From contig JBOGMU010000141.1 of the NCBI GenBank assembly GCA_050746865.1, forward strand, positions 3,142-67,141: DNA of 64,000 nt, read 5' to 3'. Below, piece after piece: positions 9,204 through 19,021 of the stretch. This DNA comes from Candidatus Acidiferrales bacterium. GTDB taxonomy: Bacteria > Acidobacteriota > Terriglobia > Acidiferrales > UBA7541. Numbering within the stretch: position 1 is the first letter of the stretch; every line of letters begins with the position of its first letter. A model generated the notes under the pieces. That model was not told the origin of the DNA and did no database searches. It saw only the letters and a list, made by a program, of their open reading frames with translations. A program made the translations under genes and the position numbers.

Positions 9204-9232
9204 CACGGCGGCGATTTGGCCGCCGTTTTTTT
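9204..9232 (+). terminator. intrinsic terminator downstream of tatA
   Basis: An 8-bp GC stem (ACGGCGGC / GCCGCCGT) with a 6-nt loop, followed by a run of 8 T. Confidence 0.75.
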
Positions 9233-9433
9233 TGCGCAAGGCTGCGGTGAATTTGAGCGTTCGTCGAGGCTTCGCGATAATGAGAGCCGTTCGAGCGGTG
9301 ACCGGCTGAAAAGAAAGCCGGTCGCGACGAAAACGCTTCCCCGCAATCTTTGCGCGAACTTCTAACGTTAAAGACTGAGTTCTTCAGCTAACCGTCAAAG
9401 CCCTTTAATAAACTGCAGGCCGAGCCACATGGT

Positions 9434-12043
9434 TTAGATCACGCGAACGACGATGAGGGTCATGTCGTCGTGTTGCGGCGCGCCTGCCACGAATTCATCG
9501 GCTGAAACCATCATGCGGTCGATCAACGCGCGTGCCGCAACACTCTGACTGGTAAACACGGCATTCTTCATCCGCTCCTCGCCCCATTCCTCGTCAGCGG
9601 CGTTCATTGCCTCGCTGATGCCGTCGGTATAAGCGAGAAACAGGTCTCCGGGCTCGAGTTCTATTTTCCCCTGACTGTACTCCCAACCTTCCATAAGTCC
9701 GATTACTGGCCCTCCCGTATCCAGGCGTAACACCTGCGGGGCTCCATCCCGTTGGCGAAAGACCATAGGAGCATTATGGCCGGCGTTGACATAGTTCATC
9801 GTCCGGGAGGCGGCATCGAACTCCGCGTAGAAGAATGTTGCATACCGATTGCTTTCTGAACTTTCGTACACCAGGCGGTTCAGATTCGCGATCAGCGCGG
9901 TGAGATCCTTTTTGCGTTCGATCGTCTGCCCTCGCAAAAAAGCTCTGAGAGTCGCCATGAGCAGCGCGGCCGGAATCCCCTTCCCCGAAACGTCTCCGAT
10001 GGCAATGCCGAGCTCGTTCTTCGAGAGCAGCATAAAATCGTAATAATCTCCACCGACGCCGAGAGCTGGACGGCACGCCCCTGCGTAATCGAGTCCCGCC
10101 ACCAGTGGATATTCCTGCGGAAAGAGGCGCTGCTGTACGTCACGGGCAATTTCGATTTCCCGCTTTTGCTTCTCTCGCTCGGCGATCTCAACGGCAATTG
10201 CCTGCGTGAGCCGGCCGTTTTCGAGGGCCATGCCGGTTTGAGCCGCCACTGAGTCCAGCAGCCTGATGTCCGTCTTCGAAAACGCTTCTTCGGATTGCTT
10301 GGTGCCCAGGCTCATGATCCCGAGCACTTGCTCATTCAAGGAAATGGGCAGCAACAATTCGGGCTTGAGTTGCTCAAGCGAGACGCGCTCGTGGTCATCC
10401 GTGAGTTGCACCCAGGAATTGGCGTCTTCGAAATTCACCAGGGCGTGCGCCTGTTTGCGCAGGCGCCTTACCGTAACGCCCTCCGTCGCGATTACGGCAT
10501 TCAGCTGCCCGCCATATCCCAGCACATATGCGGGACGGAATGCCCCGCCTTGATTCAGCAGAATGGCGATGCGCGGCACATGCAACGATGCGGCGATGCG
10601 CGTCGCGACCGTTTCCAGCAGTAAATTCGTCTCCATGATCGAGCGCACCTTCATCGCCAATTCGGCCAAAATTGCATCCGCTTCGTAAGCCTCACGGAAA
10701 AACTTCTGATCGATCCATCTCCGCAACTGCTGTGCAAAGACGCGGACGCCAGCGATCAGCGCCAGTCCGATCGAGAACAAAATAATGCGCCCGCCGACGC
10801 TGCTTCCCGCGCTTGCAGTAGCCGCAAGAATAATGATCGCAATCGCGATCAGAATCTGAAGGGCGAAGATACCTTGCCGGGCGAGCAGATATTGCAGCCC
10901 CTGCCGGATCACCAGGTGCACGTCCATTGCCCGATGAACCACAATCACGTATGCCATAGTCAGCGGAAAAATAAGAAGGGCGGCGACAGCACCAATAAGC
11001 GGCCAGCCGTGATAGTTAACGTTGGTAGTCACGGCAAGGAAGTACACGATGGCATATGGCAGAATGCCGACCGCAGCGCCCAGATCCAGGAGCAGCAAGC
11101 GGCGGCGCCCGTCTCGAGTTTGCGCGGTCACCGTCTTATAGATTAATGCGGCACAGAAAAAGAAGAATGCGGCGGCGCGCAAATACCCTTGAATTGCGTC
11201 GACCGGCCGTGCAACCGGCCACAAGGCTTGTACGATGTCGTGATGGTGCAGGGCGAAGCCATTGCCGATGCCTGACAGCACGGCATGGATCAGCAACGGG
11301 CCAAAAATGACCCACTTTATCCATGGAAATCGCCGGTCAAGCGCCAGCCGCTCAGGGAAGACGATCGCGAAAAAGGCCAGCGGAACTGGAGTGAGCGTTT
11401 CGAATCCCATAACGAACGCCGTCAGAAAGGGTTGGAGCGCGTCTTCGAAGCCGAACAACACGCGCCCCTCGGTGATCGTGTTCGCAATACCCAACATCAT
11501 CAGCAGCAAAAGCCACGCGGCTTTGTCGCTGATGCGAACCGCAGCGACCCAGAATCCGAGAGTGAGACAGAATAAGGGCAGGAAAATGCTGGGGAGGATG
11601 ATCCAGGGAAATGCGCGGGATCCTGCCTTCGTGACTCCGAGATAGGTGAACGGCGCGAGTGCGACGGAGAAATCCTTTTCGACGGGTCCGGCCGCACCAT
11701 TCCTACGCACGCGCACTTGCCAGCGATCACCCAATTTCGCGTGGCGTAATGGACCGAAGAAGTCCGCGAGGCCATCGACGCGGTGTCCGTCTATGCCGAG
11801 CAATAGATCGGTCTTTTGAAGGCCCGCTGCTTGCGCCTCAGGTTCCACGCTGTCGATTTTCAACGTGACGCCGTCCAGATCGAACGGACCCTTGACGAGC
11901 TGCTCACCGTGAAGGATGTAATCGACGCTTACACCGCTATTGCGCACCCACTGGATGGACGAAATCACGAAGAGAACTGCAAGAACTGCGTAGGCTAGCG
12001 AATGAGAGCGGCTCTTGGCTTTGATGGCGAGCATTGAAGTCAT
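9434..12043 (-). CDS. membrane-bound PP2C/SpoIIE-family serine phosphatase (PDZ - multi-TM - GAF - PP2C)
   Basis: 869-aa ORF. It has an N-terminal PDZ-like segment (GLQKTDLLLGIDGHRV), about 10 hydrophobic helices and a GAF-like region. The C-terminal PP2C motifs are GGDYYDF, GDVSGKGIPAALLMA, DGISEA and DDMTLIVVRV. Confidence 0.9.
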   Translation of the reverse strand: MTSMLAIKAKSRSHSLAYAVLAVLFVISSIQWVRNSGVSVDYILHGEQLVKGPFDLDGVTLKIDSVEPEAQAAGLQKTDLLLGIDGHRVDGLADFFGPLRHAKLGDRWQVRVRRNGAAGPVEKDFSVALAPFTYLGVTKAGSRAFPWIILPSIFLPLFCLTLGFWVAAVRISDKAAWLLLLMMLGIANTITEGRVLFGFEDALQPFLTAFVMGFETLTPVPLAFFAIVFPERLALDRRFPWIKWVIFGPLLIHAVLSGIGNGFALHHHDIVQALWPVARPVDAIQGYLRAAAFFFFCAALIYKTVTAQTRDGRRRLLLLDLGAAVGILPYAIVYFLAVTTNVNYHGWPLIGAVAALLIFPLTMAYVIVVHRAMDVHLVIRQGLQYLLARQGIFALQILIAIAIIILAATASAGSSVGGRIILFSIGLALIAGVRVFAQQLRRWIDQKFFREAYEADAILAELAMKVRSIMETNLLLETVATRIAASLHVPRIAILLNQGGAFRPAYVLGYGGQLNAVIATEGVTVRRLRKQAHALVNFEDANSWVQLTDDHERVSLEQLKPELLLPISLNEQVLGIMSLGTKQSEEAFSKTDIRLLDSVAAQTGMALENGRLTQAIAVEIAEREKQKREIEIARDVQQRLFPQEYPLVAGLDYAGACRPALGVGGDYYDFMLLSKNELGIAIGDVSGKGIPAALLMATLRAFLRGQTIERKKDLTALIANLNRLVYESSESNRYATFFYAEFDAASRTMNYVNAGHNAPMVFRQRDGAPQVLRLDTGGPVIGLMEGWEYSQGKIELEPGDLFLAYTDGISEAMNAADEEWGEERMKNAVFTSQSVAARALIDRMMVSADEFVAGAPQHDDMTLIVVRVI

Positions 12044-12360
12044 TTGCAGGGTTGGGGCAAAGGGTGTGCGCCCACATTAGCAGGCTGCGTTTCGGAGTCA
12101 ACATTTTTATCGGAACCACGGGCTCCAACGGCTGGCTGCTCCGCGCAAAACCAAGAGAGGTCATTCGCGCGTCCCCTTCGCGCGATCCGCTCAAGACGAC
12201 GAGGTTTGACTTTGTGGATAATAGAACACTGGGACGACCGAAAGAGCCGCGCAGCACTTCGCAAGAGCACAAAGGAAACAAGCAGCGCTCCTACATGGCG
12301 TCAGTTCGCCGATTCAGTCACCTTTTTTGAGTCTTAGATCGCACGCCCGGCGTTGAAAGC

Positions 12361-12385
12361 CTCGGGTCCGGAAAGCGGACCCGAG
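12361..12385 (-). terminator. possible terminator hairpin downstream of maf
   Basis: Perfect 10-bp stem CTCGGGTCCG / CGGACCCGAG with a 5-nt loop, 29 nt past the maf stop. The U-tract on the minus strand is only weak. Confidence 0.4.
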
Positions 12386-12413
12386 CTACATACGACCGAT
12401 AATTGCGCGCGTT

Positions 12414-13025
12414 TTATTTGGAGGCGGCGCCTGCGGCTTCTTCGCGCCAGCCGAGGGCGCGAAGCATTTGCCATGTGCGGGAAAGAGGCAGGCCCATCAC
12501 GTTGAAGTAGCAGCCTTCGATTCGCGGGATGAATTTTCCGGCAACTCCCTGAATGCCATAGCCGCCTGCCTTGTCGAAGGGCTCGCCTGAGGCGATGTAC
12601 GCGCCGATTTGATCTTGCGACAGCGATAAGAATGTGACCCGCGTAGTTTCGATACCTGACGCTTGCAAACCGTCCGGCGTGCGGACTATTGCTATGCCGG
12701 TGAGGACGTCGTGCGTTTTGCCGCTGAGTGCCTGCAACATTTCGCGCGCTTCGGCTGCATTTTCAGGCTTGCCGAAAATGCGGCCGTCGCACACGACCGT
12801 GGTGTCTGCGCCGAGAATGAATGTGCGCTCGGATCTTTTCGCAGCGACAGTTGCAACAATTTGGACTTTTTTCGTTGCAAGGCGAAGGACGCAGTCTTCC
12901 GCGCGTTCGTTGGGCAGCAACGATTCGTCGACGCAGGTCGATTGAACTTCAAACGAAAGACCCGCGTTGCGCAGAATCTCAGCACGACGGGGCGAACCGG
13001 ATGCGAGGATTAGTTTCATTGGCAT
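12414..13025 (-). CDS. maf: Maf-like nucleoside triphosphate pyrophosphatase
   Basis: MPMKLILASGSPRRAEIL...GGYGIQG motifs. I place the start at ATG 13025 rather than the longer listed ORF start at 13082. Confidence 0.9.
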   Translation of the reverse strand: MPMKLILASGSPRRAEILRNAGLSFEVQSTCVDESLLPNERAEDCVLRLATKKVQIVATVAAKRSERTFILGADTTVVCDGRIFGKPENAAEAREMLQALSGKTHDVLTGIAIVRTPDGLQASGIETTRVTFLSLSQDQIGAYIASGEPFDKAGGYGIQGVAGKFIPRIEGCYFNVMGLPLSRTWQMLRALGWREEAAGAASK

Positions 13026-13382
13026 CTTGCTAACGGATTCAGCTTCTTCGTCATAAGTTGTCCGAATATTCCATGGGAGCAAAACCGATTGACGTACCGA
13101 GGGCGCAGCAAGCGTGCGCCCCTACGCGTTCGGGCGAGCGGCACACGTACGCGCGTCCGCCAACATTTGCCGGCCAGCGGGCAGCGATCTCCCTGATTTT
13201 TGTTGGCATTCCGTCGCCTGCCTGCACGTCATTATCCGAAATGTGGCTGGCATAATCAATAATGCCTGCGGCGCCGACGAAGCAATGGGGGGCGGATGAA
13301 AACAATCAGTCAACATTCAGGCGGTTTTGTGTTGCCACGAACCGCTATATGTGGTTAGTTGCTTGCACCTACAAAGGACTCA

Positions 13383-14927
13383 ATGAAAATTCTACTTTAT
13401 AACCCGGACAACGGTGTAACCCGCAACTTCATGCCGCATCTTTGGATGTTCCTGCTGCAAGCACTCACTCCCCCCGGTCATGAGGTAGTTCTGATCGACG
13501 GAAATGCACAACCGATGGACGAAGCCGGCATCGCGCGATACATCCGTGAACACAACATCGAATTGGTTGGCATTGGAGCGATGACGCGGATGATTGCCAA
13601 GGCTTATCGCATGGCGGACGCCGCGCGTGCAGCAGGCGCAAAGGTGGTGATGGGCGGCCCGCACGTGACCGAACTGCCCGATGAGGCGCTGGGACGCGAT
13701 GGCGGCAAGCGGCATGCAGACACGGTTGCGCTTGGCGAAGCCGACGCGACTTGGCCGAGAATCGTGGAGGACGCGGCGCGCGGCACCCTTCAAGACGTCT
13801 ACGCGCCAGTGGACGATGCCGGGAAAGAGCGCAAACCGTCGCTGCAAGCATATCCCGTGATTCCATGGGACAAAATCAAGTTGGACCAGTTCAATTTGCT
13901 CCCGGCATTTATGCAACCCCTGCTGAAGCGGGTGGGCGACGGCTGGGGGACATTTCGGATCGTGCCGATGGAGTCGGGACGCGGTTGTCCGTACGGGTGC
14001 GAGTTTTGCACAGTGACGGGATTTTTCGGCGACTCGATACGCTTTCGGAGCAATGAAAGCGTGGTGAACGAACTCTTGCTGCTGAAGGCGCGCGCTCGTG
14101 AAGAACGCGGGCAAATTGCTGTATTTTTTATAGACGACAACTTTGCGATCAACGTAAAACGGACGAAATCGTTGCTGCGAGACATCATCGCGGCGAATGC
14201 ACAGGTGCATTGGGTGGCGCAGATCAGCGCGAATCTGCTGCGCGACGAAGAGCTCGTCGATCTGATCGCGGCTTCCGGAGGAAAGTGGATCTTTATCGGC
14301 ATGGAGTCTATCGATCCAGCAAACCTCGCCGACGTGAAAAAAGGCTTCAACAAGCCGAGTGAGTACGCCGCGGTGCTTGAACGGCTGGCCCAACGGAATG
14401 TCTATGCGATCACGTCTTTTATTTTCGGCATGGACAATGACACGACTGGCGTGGCGGAGCGAACCCTGGAACAAATTCGCAGTTGGCCTCCCGGCTTGCC
14501 GATATTCGGATTGCTGACACCGTTGCCCTCGACGCCGCTCTACAAGAGACTTGAGGCGGCCGGACGGCTCACGCGCGTGAAGCACTGGCAGGAGTTCATA
14601 CCGTTTGCGATGGCTCATACGCCTTTGAAAATGAGCATCGAAGAGGCGCACAACGAAGTGCGGATCGGGTGGGCCAAGTGTTACAGTCCGGAGGCAATCG
14701 AGCGGGCAGTGGATTCGCTCAACGAGAAGCCGCTGTGTTACCGCATCAACATTCTTATTGCGCGACTGTGTTTCCGGGGAATTTATTTCCCGCAGATGGG
14801 GCGCTTTGCGTGGCTGAAAATAGCGATCGAAAACCGGCGCACAATCTCGAAACTGATAAAGCAGGGTTTCGGCGGAGGGCTGCATGCGCCCGCGGCGCCT
14901 GCGGCGATCCAGTCAGCCGGGGATTAG
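13383..14927 (+). CDS. B12-binding-domain radical SAM protein (class B; DUF4070-like C-terminus)
   Basis: It has an N-terminal Rossmann-like cobalamin domain (MKILLYNPD...VGIGAMT...VVMGGPHVT) and the radical SAM cluster motif GRGCPYGCEFCTV. ATG 13383 is preceded by AAGGA. The listed TTG 13359 is less likely. Confidence 0.9.
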   Translation: MKILLYNPDNGVTRNFMPHLWMFLLQALTPPGHEVVLIDGNAQPMDEAGIARYIREHNIELVGIGAMTRMIAKAYRMADAARAAGAKVVMGGPHVTELPDEALGRDGGKRHADTVALGEADATWPRIVEDAARGTLQDVYAPVDDAGKERKPSLQAYPVIPWDKIKLDQFNLLPAFMQPLLKRVGDGWGTFRIVPMESGRGCPYGCEFCTVTGFFGDSIRFRSNESVVNELLLLKARAREERGQIAVFFIDDNFAINVKRTKSLLRDIIAANAQVHWVAQISANLLRDEELVDLIAASGGKWIFIGMESIDPANLADVKKGFNKPSEYAAVLERLAQRNVYAITSFIFGMDNDTTGVAERTLEQIRSWPPGLPIFGLLTPLPSTPLYKRLEAAGRLTRVKHWQEFIPFAMAHTPLKMSIEEAHNEVRIGWAKCYSPEAIERAVDSLNEKPLCYRINILIARLCFRGIYFPQMGRFAWLKIAIENRRTISKLIKQGFGGGLHAPAAPAAIQSAGD

Positions 14928-15044
14928 ATGCAGTGATACGGAGCGACGTGCGGAGAGTTCAGAACTGCGTTTGAGGCCAGCGCGGGCTGTTTTTCGAAAT
15001 AATGCGGGGAGCCGGGGCGTGTCATTGGCGGTTTTGGGAATAGA

Positions 15045-16208
15045 ATGGAAGCCGACATTCCCATGGCACAGTCGCATCCATCTCCGCTACCTGGCGCGCG
15101 GGCGATTGTTGAAGAACCGCGCACGCATCTTTTTTATGAGACGTCGCATTCGCCATCTCTGGCCGATCTAGTCGGTTACGAGAAGGCGAAAGAGATCATC
15201 GATTTCTGCTTTATCGCGAACCCTTACTATCCCACGCCGGAGATGCTGCGCGATTTGCAGCAAAGTCTGCCGAATCTGATCAAATCGTACCCTTCGAGCA
15301 ATGCGGCGGCGAGCCAGCGGCACCTGGCCGAAGTGTTACATGTGAATCCCGATCACCTGGTGATCGGTAACGGCGCGACAGAGCTGATCGTGCTGATCAA
15401 TACGATCCTGATCGATCGCATCGCTATTCCGATTCCGACTTTCGGCGAGTACATCGAGAAATTGAAAGATCAGCGTGACGCGGAGCTTTATGCGCTCGAT
15501 CCCGACCAGGGGTACGAGCTGCGCGTGAACGATTATCTCGATTGGGCGCGGCAGCGGCGGGTGCGTTCGCTCTTGGTGATCAATCCCGGTAACCCGACGG
15601 GACAATTCGTTCCGCGCGAGGAAATGATCGAGTTTCTGCATCGCGCGAAAGATATGGAACTGGTGATTGTCGATGAGTCGTTCATCGATTTTGCGGGCGA
15701 TCCCATACCGAGCCTGTTGAGCGTGGCGGACCGCTTCTCGAATTTGCTGGTGATTCGCAGCATGAGCAAGCATTGCGGCGTGCCGGGACTTCGTCTCGGC
15801 TACTGCTACAGCGGAAATCTTTACGTGCTGAATCGCATGCGGCGGCTCGTTCCTACGTGGAACCTGAATACGCTGGCGCAGTATTTTCTATCGCAACTTC
15901 CTGCGACGGATGGCGAATACCATGTGGGGCGCAAGCGGCTGATGAGCGATGTTGAATGGCTTTGCGAGTCGCTGCAGAAGATTCCCGGGCTTGCTGTGTA
16001 TCCGACGGGCGCAAATTTCGTGCTGTTCAAGATAAAGAATCGCTTTACAGCGGCCGAATTGCAGGCGCGCTTGCTCGAAGAGCATCGGATGTACGTGCGC
16101 GATTGCTCGAATAAGTTGGGCATGGATTCTTTCCACGTGCGCGTGGCATCGCAAGGGCGCGAAAAGGATGCGCAGCTTGTTGCAGCTTTGCGAAGCCTGA
16201 TGCAATGA
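15045..16208 (+). CDS. class I/II PLP-dependent aminotransferase (HisC/CobD-like)
   Basis: 387-aa ORF with NPGNPTG and the SMSKHCGVPGLRLGY PLP-lysine motif. Confidence 0.85.
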   Translation: MEADIPMAQSHPSPLPGARAIVEEPRTHLFYETSHSPSLADLVGYEKAKEIIDFCFIANPYYPTPEMLRDLQQSLPNLIKSYPSSNAAASQRHLAEVLHVNPDHLVIGNGATELIVLINTILIDRIAIPIPTFGEYIEKLKDQRDAELYALDPDQGYELRVNDYLDWARQRRVRSLLVINPGNPTGQFVPREEMIEFLHRAKDMELVIVDESFIDFAGDPIPSLLSVADRFSNLLVIRSMSKHCGVPGLRLGYCYSGNLYVLNRMRRLVPTWNLNTLAQYFLSQLPATDGEYHVGRKRLMSDVEWLCESLQKIPGLAVYPTGANFVLFKIKNRFTAAELQARLLEEHRMYVRDCSNKLGMDSFHVRVASQGREKDAQLVAALRSLMQ

Positions 16209-16981
16209 AGCGACCCGTCGTGGTGGTGGTGACGCGCCGTACCGCGCGGAAGTCGCGGTTGATCGAATACGTGGGCGAGGCGCATCTCGATCTGCTGATC
16301 CGTCTGAAACTCCTGCCGCTGATCGTTCCCTCCACCGAAGGCGTGCTGCCTTTACTGCCTCAGTACAGAGAGCGCATGGATGGTTTGCTGCTCGTGGAGG
16401 GCGAGGACATCGAGCCGAAACGTTATCCGGCGGAGAGGGCGAATTATCGCTATCTTGAAAAAACGCATCCCCTGAAGGACGAGATCGAAGTGCGTTTACT
16501 GCGCTATGCGTTGCGGCGGCATGTGCCGATTCTGGGAATTTGCCGCGGCAACCAACTGCTCAATATCGCGTGCGGCGGCACACTTTTTGGCGATGTGCAG
16601 AAGGAGAAGCGTTCGAAGCTGCTGCATATTGATCAGGAACATTACGATACGTATCGGCACAAAATATCCGTTGTGCCGGGAACACCCCTGGATCGCTGGT
16701 ACGGCAAGCGGACGCTGAACGTGAACAGCTATCATCATCAGGGCGTGCGCTGGCTGGCGCGGCGTTTTACGCCGATGGCGCATGCGGAAGACGGATTGGT
16801 TGAGGCGTATTACGATCCGCGGGAGAAGTTTTTGGTGGGATTGCAATTTCATCCGGAGCGAATGCTGAAGGAGTACGCGGGAAATGTTCGCGTGTGGCAG
16901 GCGTTTGCGAGAGCTGTGCACTCAGAGCAAAAACAAGAGAGGTCCTTCGCTCGCCCACATTCGCGGACGGGCTCAGGATGA
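16205..16981 (+). CDS. class I glutamine amidotransferase-like / peptidase C26 (gamma-glutamyl-GABA hydrolase family)
   Basis: GICRGNQLLN (nucleophile Cys), HHQGV and GLQFHPE motifs. The start overlaps the aminotransferase stop (ATGA). The last 16 codons and the stop lie inside repeat family 1 copy B. Confidence 0.85.
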   Translation: MKRPVVVVVTRRTARKSRLIEYVGEAHLDLLIRLKLLPLIVPSTEGVLPLLPQYRERMDGLLLVEGEDIEPKRYPAERANYRYLEKTHPLKDEIEVRLLRYALRRHVPILGICRGNQLLNIACGGTLFGDVQKEKRSKLLHIDQEHYDTYRHKISVVPGTPLDRWYGKRTLNVNSYHHQGVRWLARRFTPMAHAEDGLVEAYYDPREKFLVGLQFHPERMLKEYAGNVRVWQAFARAVHSEQKQERSFARPHSRTGSG

Positions 16982-16984
16982 CGG
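16934..16984 (+). repeat. dispersed repeat family 1, copy B
   Basis: CAAGAGAGGTCCTTCG...GGCTCAGGATGACGG. These are the same termini as copies A, C and D. Confidence 0.8.
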
Positions 16985-17135
16985 AATTTTTGTTGGATGA
17001 TGAAATCCCTGAACTCGGCGTGAGATAGGGCTGCTCGGGCTACTCGTAATTTTGCGGGTGGTTTTGCACGGTTACGGGATTTGCAAATGGGCTGAAAAGC
17101 ACTAGAATACGTCTACCAGCATCGGCAGGTGCCCC

Positions 17136-18215
17136 ATGACCGCGTTTCTCCGCTGCAGTTTTCTGATGGCTTCCGCCATCGCTCTTTCTACGACGACGGC
17201 TTCCCATGTTTCGAAGAATGCGAACGCGCAGCAGAAATTCGCGTCGTCGGACGATATTCCGCAGGTCTCGGCATTGGGTGCGCATCCGCAATCCAGCAGT
17301 GAGGCGGCGCCGGAACTAGCGGCGAAAACGGATTCATCCTTGGATGCAGCTGCGGACGACAGCGCAAAGAATCTGGGGCCAGCGGGCATCCAGGGCGATC
17401 CTTCAAAGGCGCTTACGCCGGAGATGAAGGTGCAGATCATCCGATATATCGACGGCGAATTCGGCAAGGCTGCCAAGGCGCTGCCGGGGAAAAAGGACGG
17501 CTTTACTATTCAGGTGGGCAAGCCAATAAACGATCAGGACTATCGCGATGCATTGCGCCTACAAGGCACCGCTGTAAATCCGGGCGATCCGATTCAGGTG
17601 ACGCGGGTGACGTTTGAGGCGAAGAAAATCGTGCTCCAACTCAACGGCGGCACGCACAAGAAATTCCACTTGTGGGACCACTTGCAAGTCGGGCTGGGTG
17701 GCGATCCCGATCCGAATGACGTCGGAGTGCATCCGGACACTGCGGCGAGAAACGGCGAAGGGCTCGGCGCGGTGGTCGTGCTCGATTACGGCAAGCCGTT
17801 GCCGGACATGAGCCCAAACGATATCAAAGAGGCGCTAAGTCCGCTGCTCGATTTTTCCAAGTCGAAATCGGCGGCCGTGAACTGGGTCGAGACGCTTCCT
17901 CCTGCGTATCAGGACGCTATTCGGGATCATAAGGCGCTGCCGGGCATGGATCAGCAGACTGTGATCGCTGCGGTCGGGCGCCCCGATCAGAAATTCCGCG
18001 AGACAAATGCGGACGGCGTCGAGACGGAGAGCTGGATTTATGGCAATCCGCCGGCGAAGACGACGTTTGTGGTGTTTATCGGCGCGAAAGTAGCAAGAGT
18101 AGAGATTTGCGGCGGCCCGGGCTCCACGGGTCCCAGCGCGCCGGATTGCAGCATGGAAGCGCCGGCGAATGCCACGGTGAAAGCCGTCCCTGCTTCTGCT
18201 ACTCCAAACCAATAA
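17136..18215 (+). CDS. hypothetical secreted protein (signal peptide; BamE/SmpA-like C-terminal segment possible)
   Basis: 359-aa ORF with a hydrophobic N-terminus and consistent coding character. No family was confidently recognised. Confidence 0.6.
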   Translation: MTAFLRCSFLMASAIALSTTTASHVSKNANAQQKFASSDDIPQVSALGAHPQSSSEAAPELAAKTDSSLDAAADDSAKNLGPAGIQGDPSKALTPEMKVQIIRYIDGEFGKAAKALPGKKDGFTIQVGKPINDQDYRDALRLQGTAVNPGDPIQVTRVTFEAKKIVLQLNGGTHKKFHLWDHLQVGLGGDPDPNDVGVHPDTAARNGEGLGAVVVLDYGKPLPDMSPNDIKEALSPLLDFSKSKSAAVNWVETLPPAYQDAIRDHKALPGMDQQTVIAAVGRPDQKFRETNADGVETESWIYGNPPAKTTFVVFIGAKVARVEICGGPGSTGPSAPDCSMEAPANATVKAVPASATPNQ

Positions 18216-18268
18216 CTTCTTCCATATTTTTAATAGATTTGGCCATAGCTCTGTTTGGGGAGGTTCCC

Positions 18269-19021
18269 ATGAAGCTCCTGGGAGCGGCGATTGTCGTTTG
18301 CGGGATTCTTTTTTGCTGCGGAGCGAATACGAAGGCGCAGGGAGCGATTTCGGCGAGCGGGCCCCTTGTAATCATTCCTCCAGCGCTAAGAACGGTGGCC
18401 GGCGAGCCCTACAGCGCTACATTTGAGGAGGAAATGTCGCAAACCCTAGCCGACGGGACGCATATTGAACGGCATACCTTAACCCAGAAACAATACCGCG
18501 ATTCTCAGGGCAGGACACGAACAGAGGAATACATTGTGGACCCGGCCATATTGAACGCCGACGCCAAAACTCCGTCCAGTATTACGATTCGCGATCCGGC
18601 TGCTGGCACCACCTTCGCTCTGAATCCGCGAGAACATACGGCAAGACAACTACTGCCGCCGAAAAGGCCAAACCCCGCAACGATTTCGCCTCAAGCGGCC
18701 GAAGTCCGAAGGCAAGCCGAGGCGCTACGACCTCGCATGGAAAGAGAAGATCTCGGCGCACAAACAATGGATGGTCTTTACGCGACAGGGATGCGCACCA
18801 CGGCCACAATTCCGGTAGGCGCTCAGGGTAACGACCGGCCGATCGCGGTGGTCACTGAGATTTGGGCTAACCCGGACCTGGCGATCAATGTCTTAGTAAA
18901 GACTTCCGATCCCCGCGGCGGCGAGCATACGATCCGACTGACGAACATCGATCGTAGCGAACCCGATCCGAGTCTCTTCGAGGTACCCGCTGATTACACA
19001 ATTGTGCAGCCGCAGCAGTAG
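18269..19021 (+). CDS. hypothetical secreted protein
   Basis: ATG 18269 gives MKLLGAAIVVCGILFCCGANTKAQG, a signal peptide. The longer listed ORF start (18107) overlaps the upstream gene. Confidence 0.6.
   Translation: MKLLGAAIVVCGILFCCGANTKAQGAISASGPLVIIPPALRTVAGEPYSATFEEEMSQTLADGTHIERHTLTQKQYRDSQGRTRTEEYIVDPAILNADAKTPSSITIRDPAAGTTFALNPREHTARQLLPPKRPNPATISPQAAEVRRQAEALRPRMEREDLGAQTMDGLYATGMRTTATIPVGAQGNDRPIAVVTEIWANPDLAINVLVKTSDPRGGEHTIRLTNIDRSEPDPSLFEVPADYTIVQPQQ

Noticed and set aside
12034-12337. Two overlapping ORFs of about 97 aa on the plus strand in the phosphatase leader, as possible STAS or anti-sigma partners
   Set aside because: Their translations are Arg/Ser-rich with no STAS or kinase motifs, and the two frames overlap each other. 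The region is probably non-coding leader.
13083-13382. Small ORFs (61-65 aa) upstream of the radical SAM gene as possible RiPP precursor peptides
   Set aside because: They have no RBS and no leader/core-like features, they overlap one another in different frames, and the region is a divergent promoter. There is no RiPP recognition-element protein nearby.
13392-14885. 497-aa ORF on the minus strand spanning almost the whole radical SAM gene
   Set aside because: It is antisense to a gene with clear radical SAM and B12 motifs. Its translation is Arg/His/Pro-rich with no motifs. This is a typical shadow ORF in high-GC DNA.
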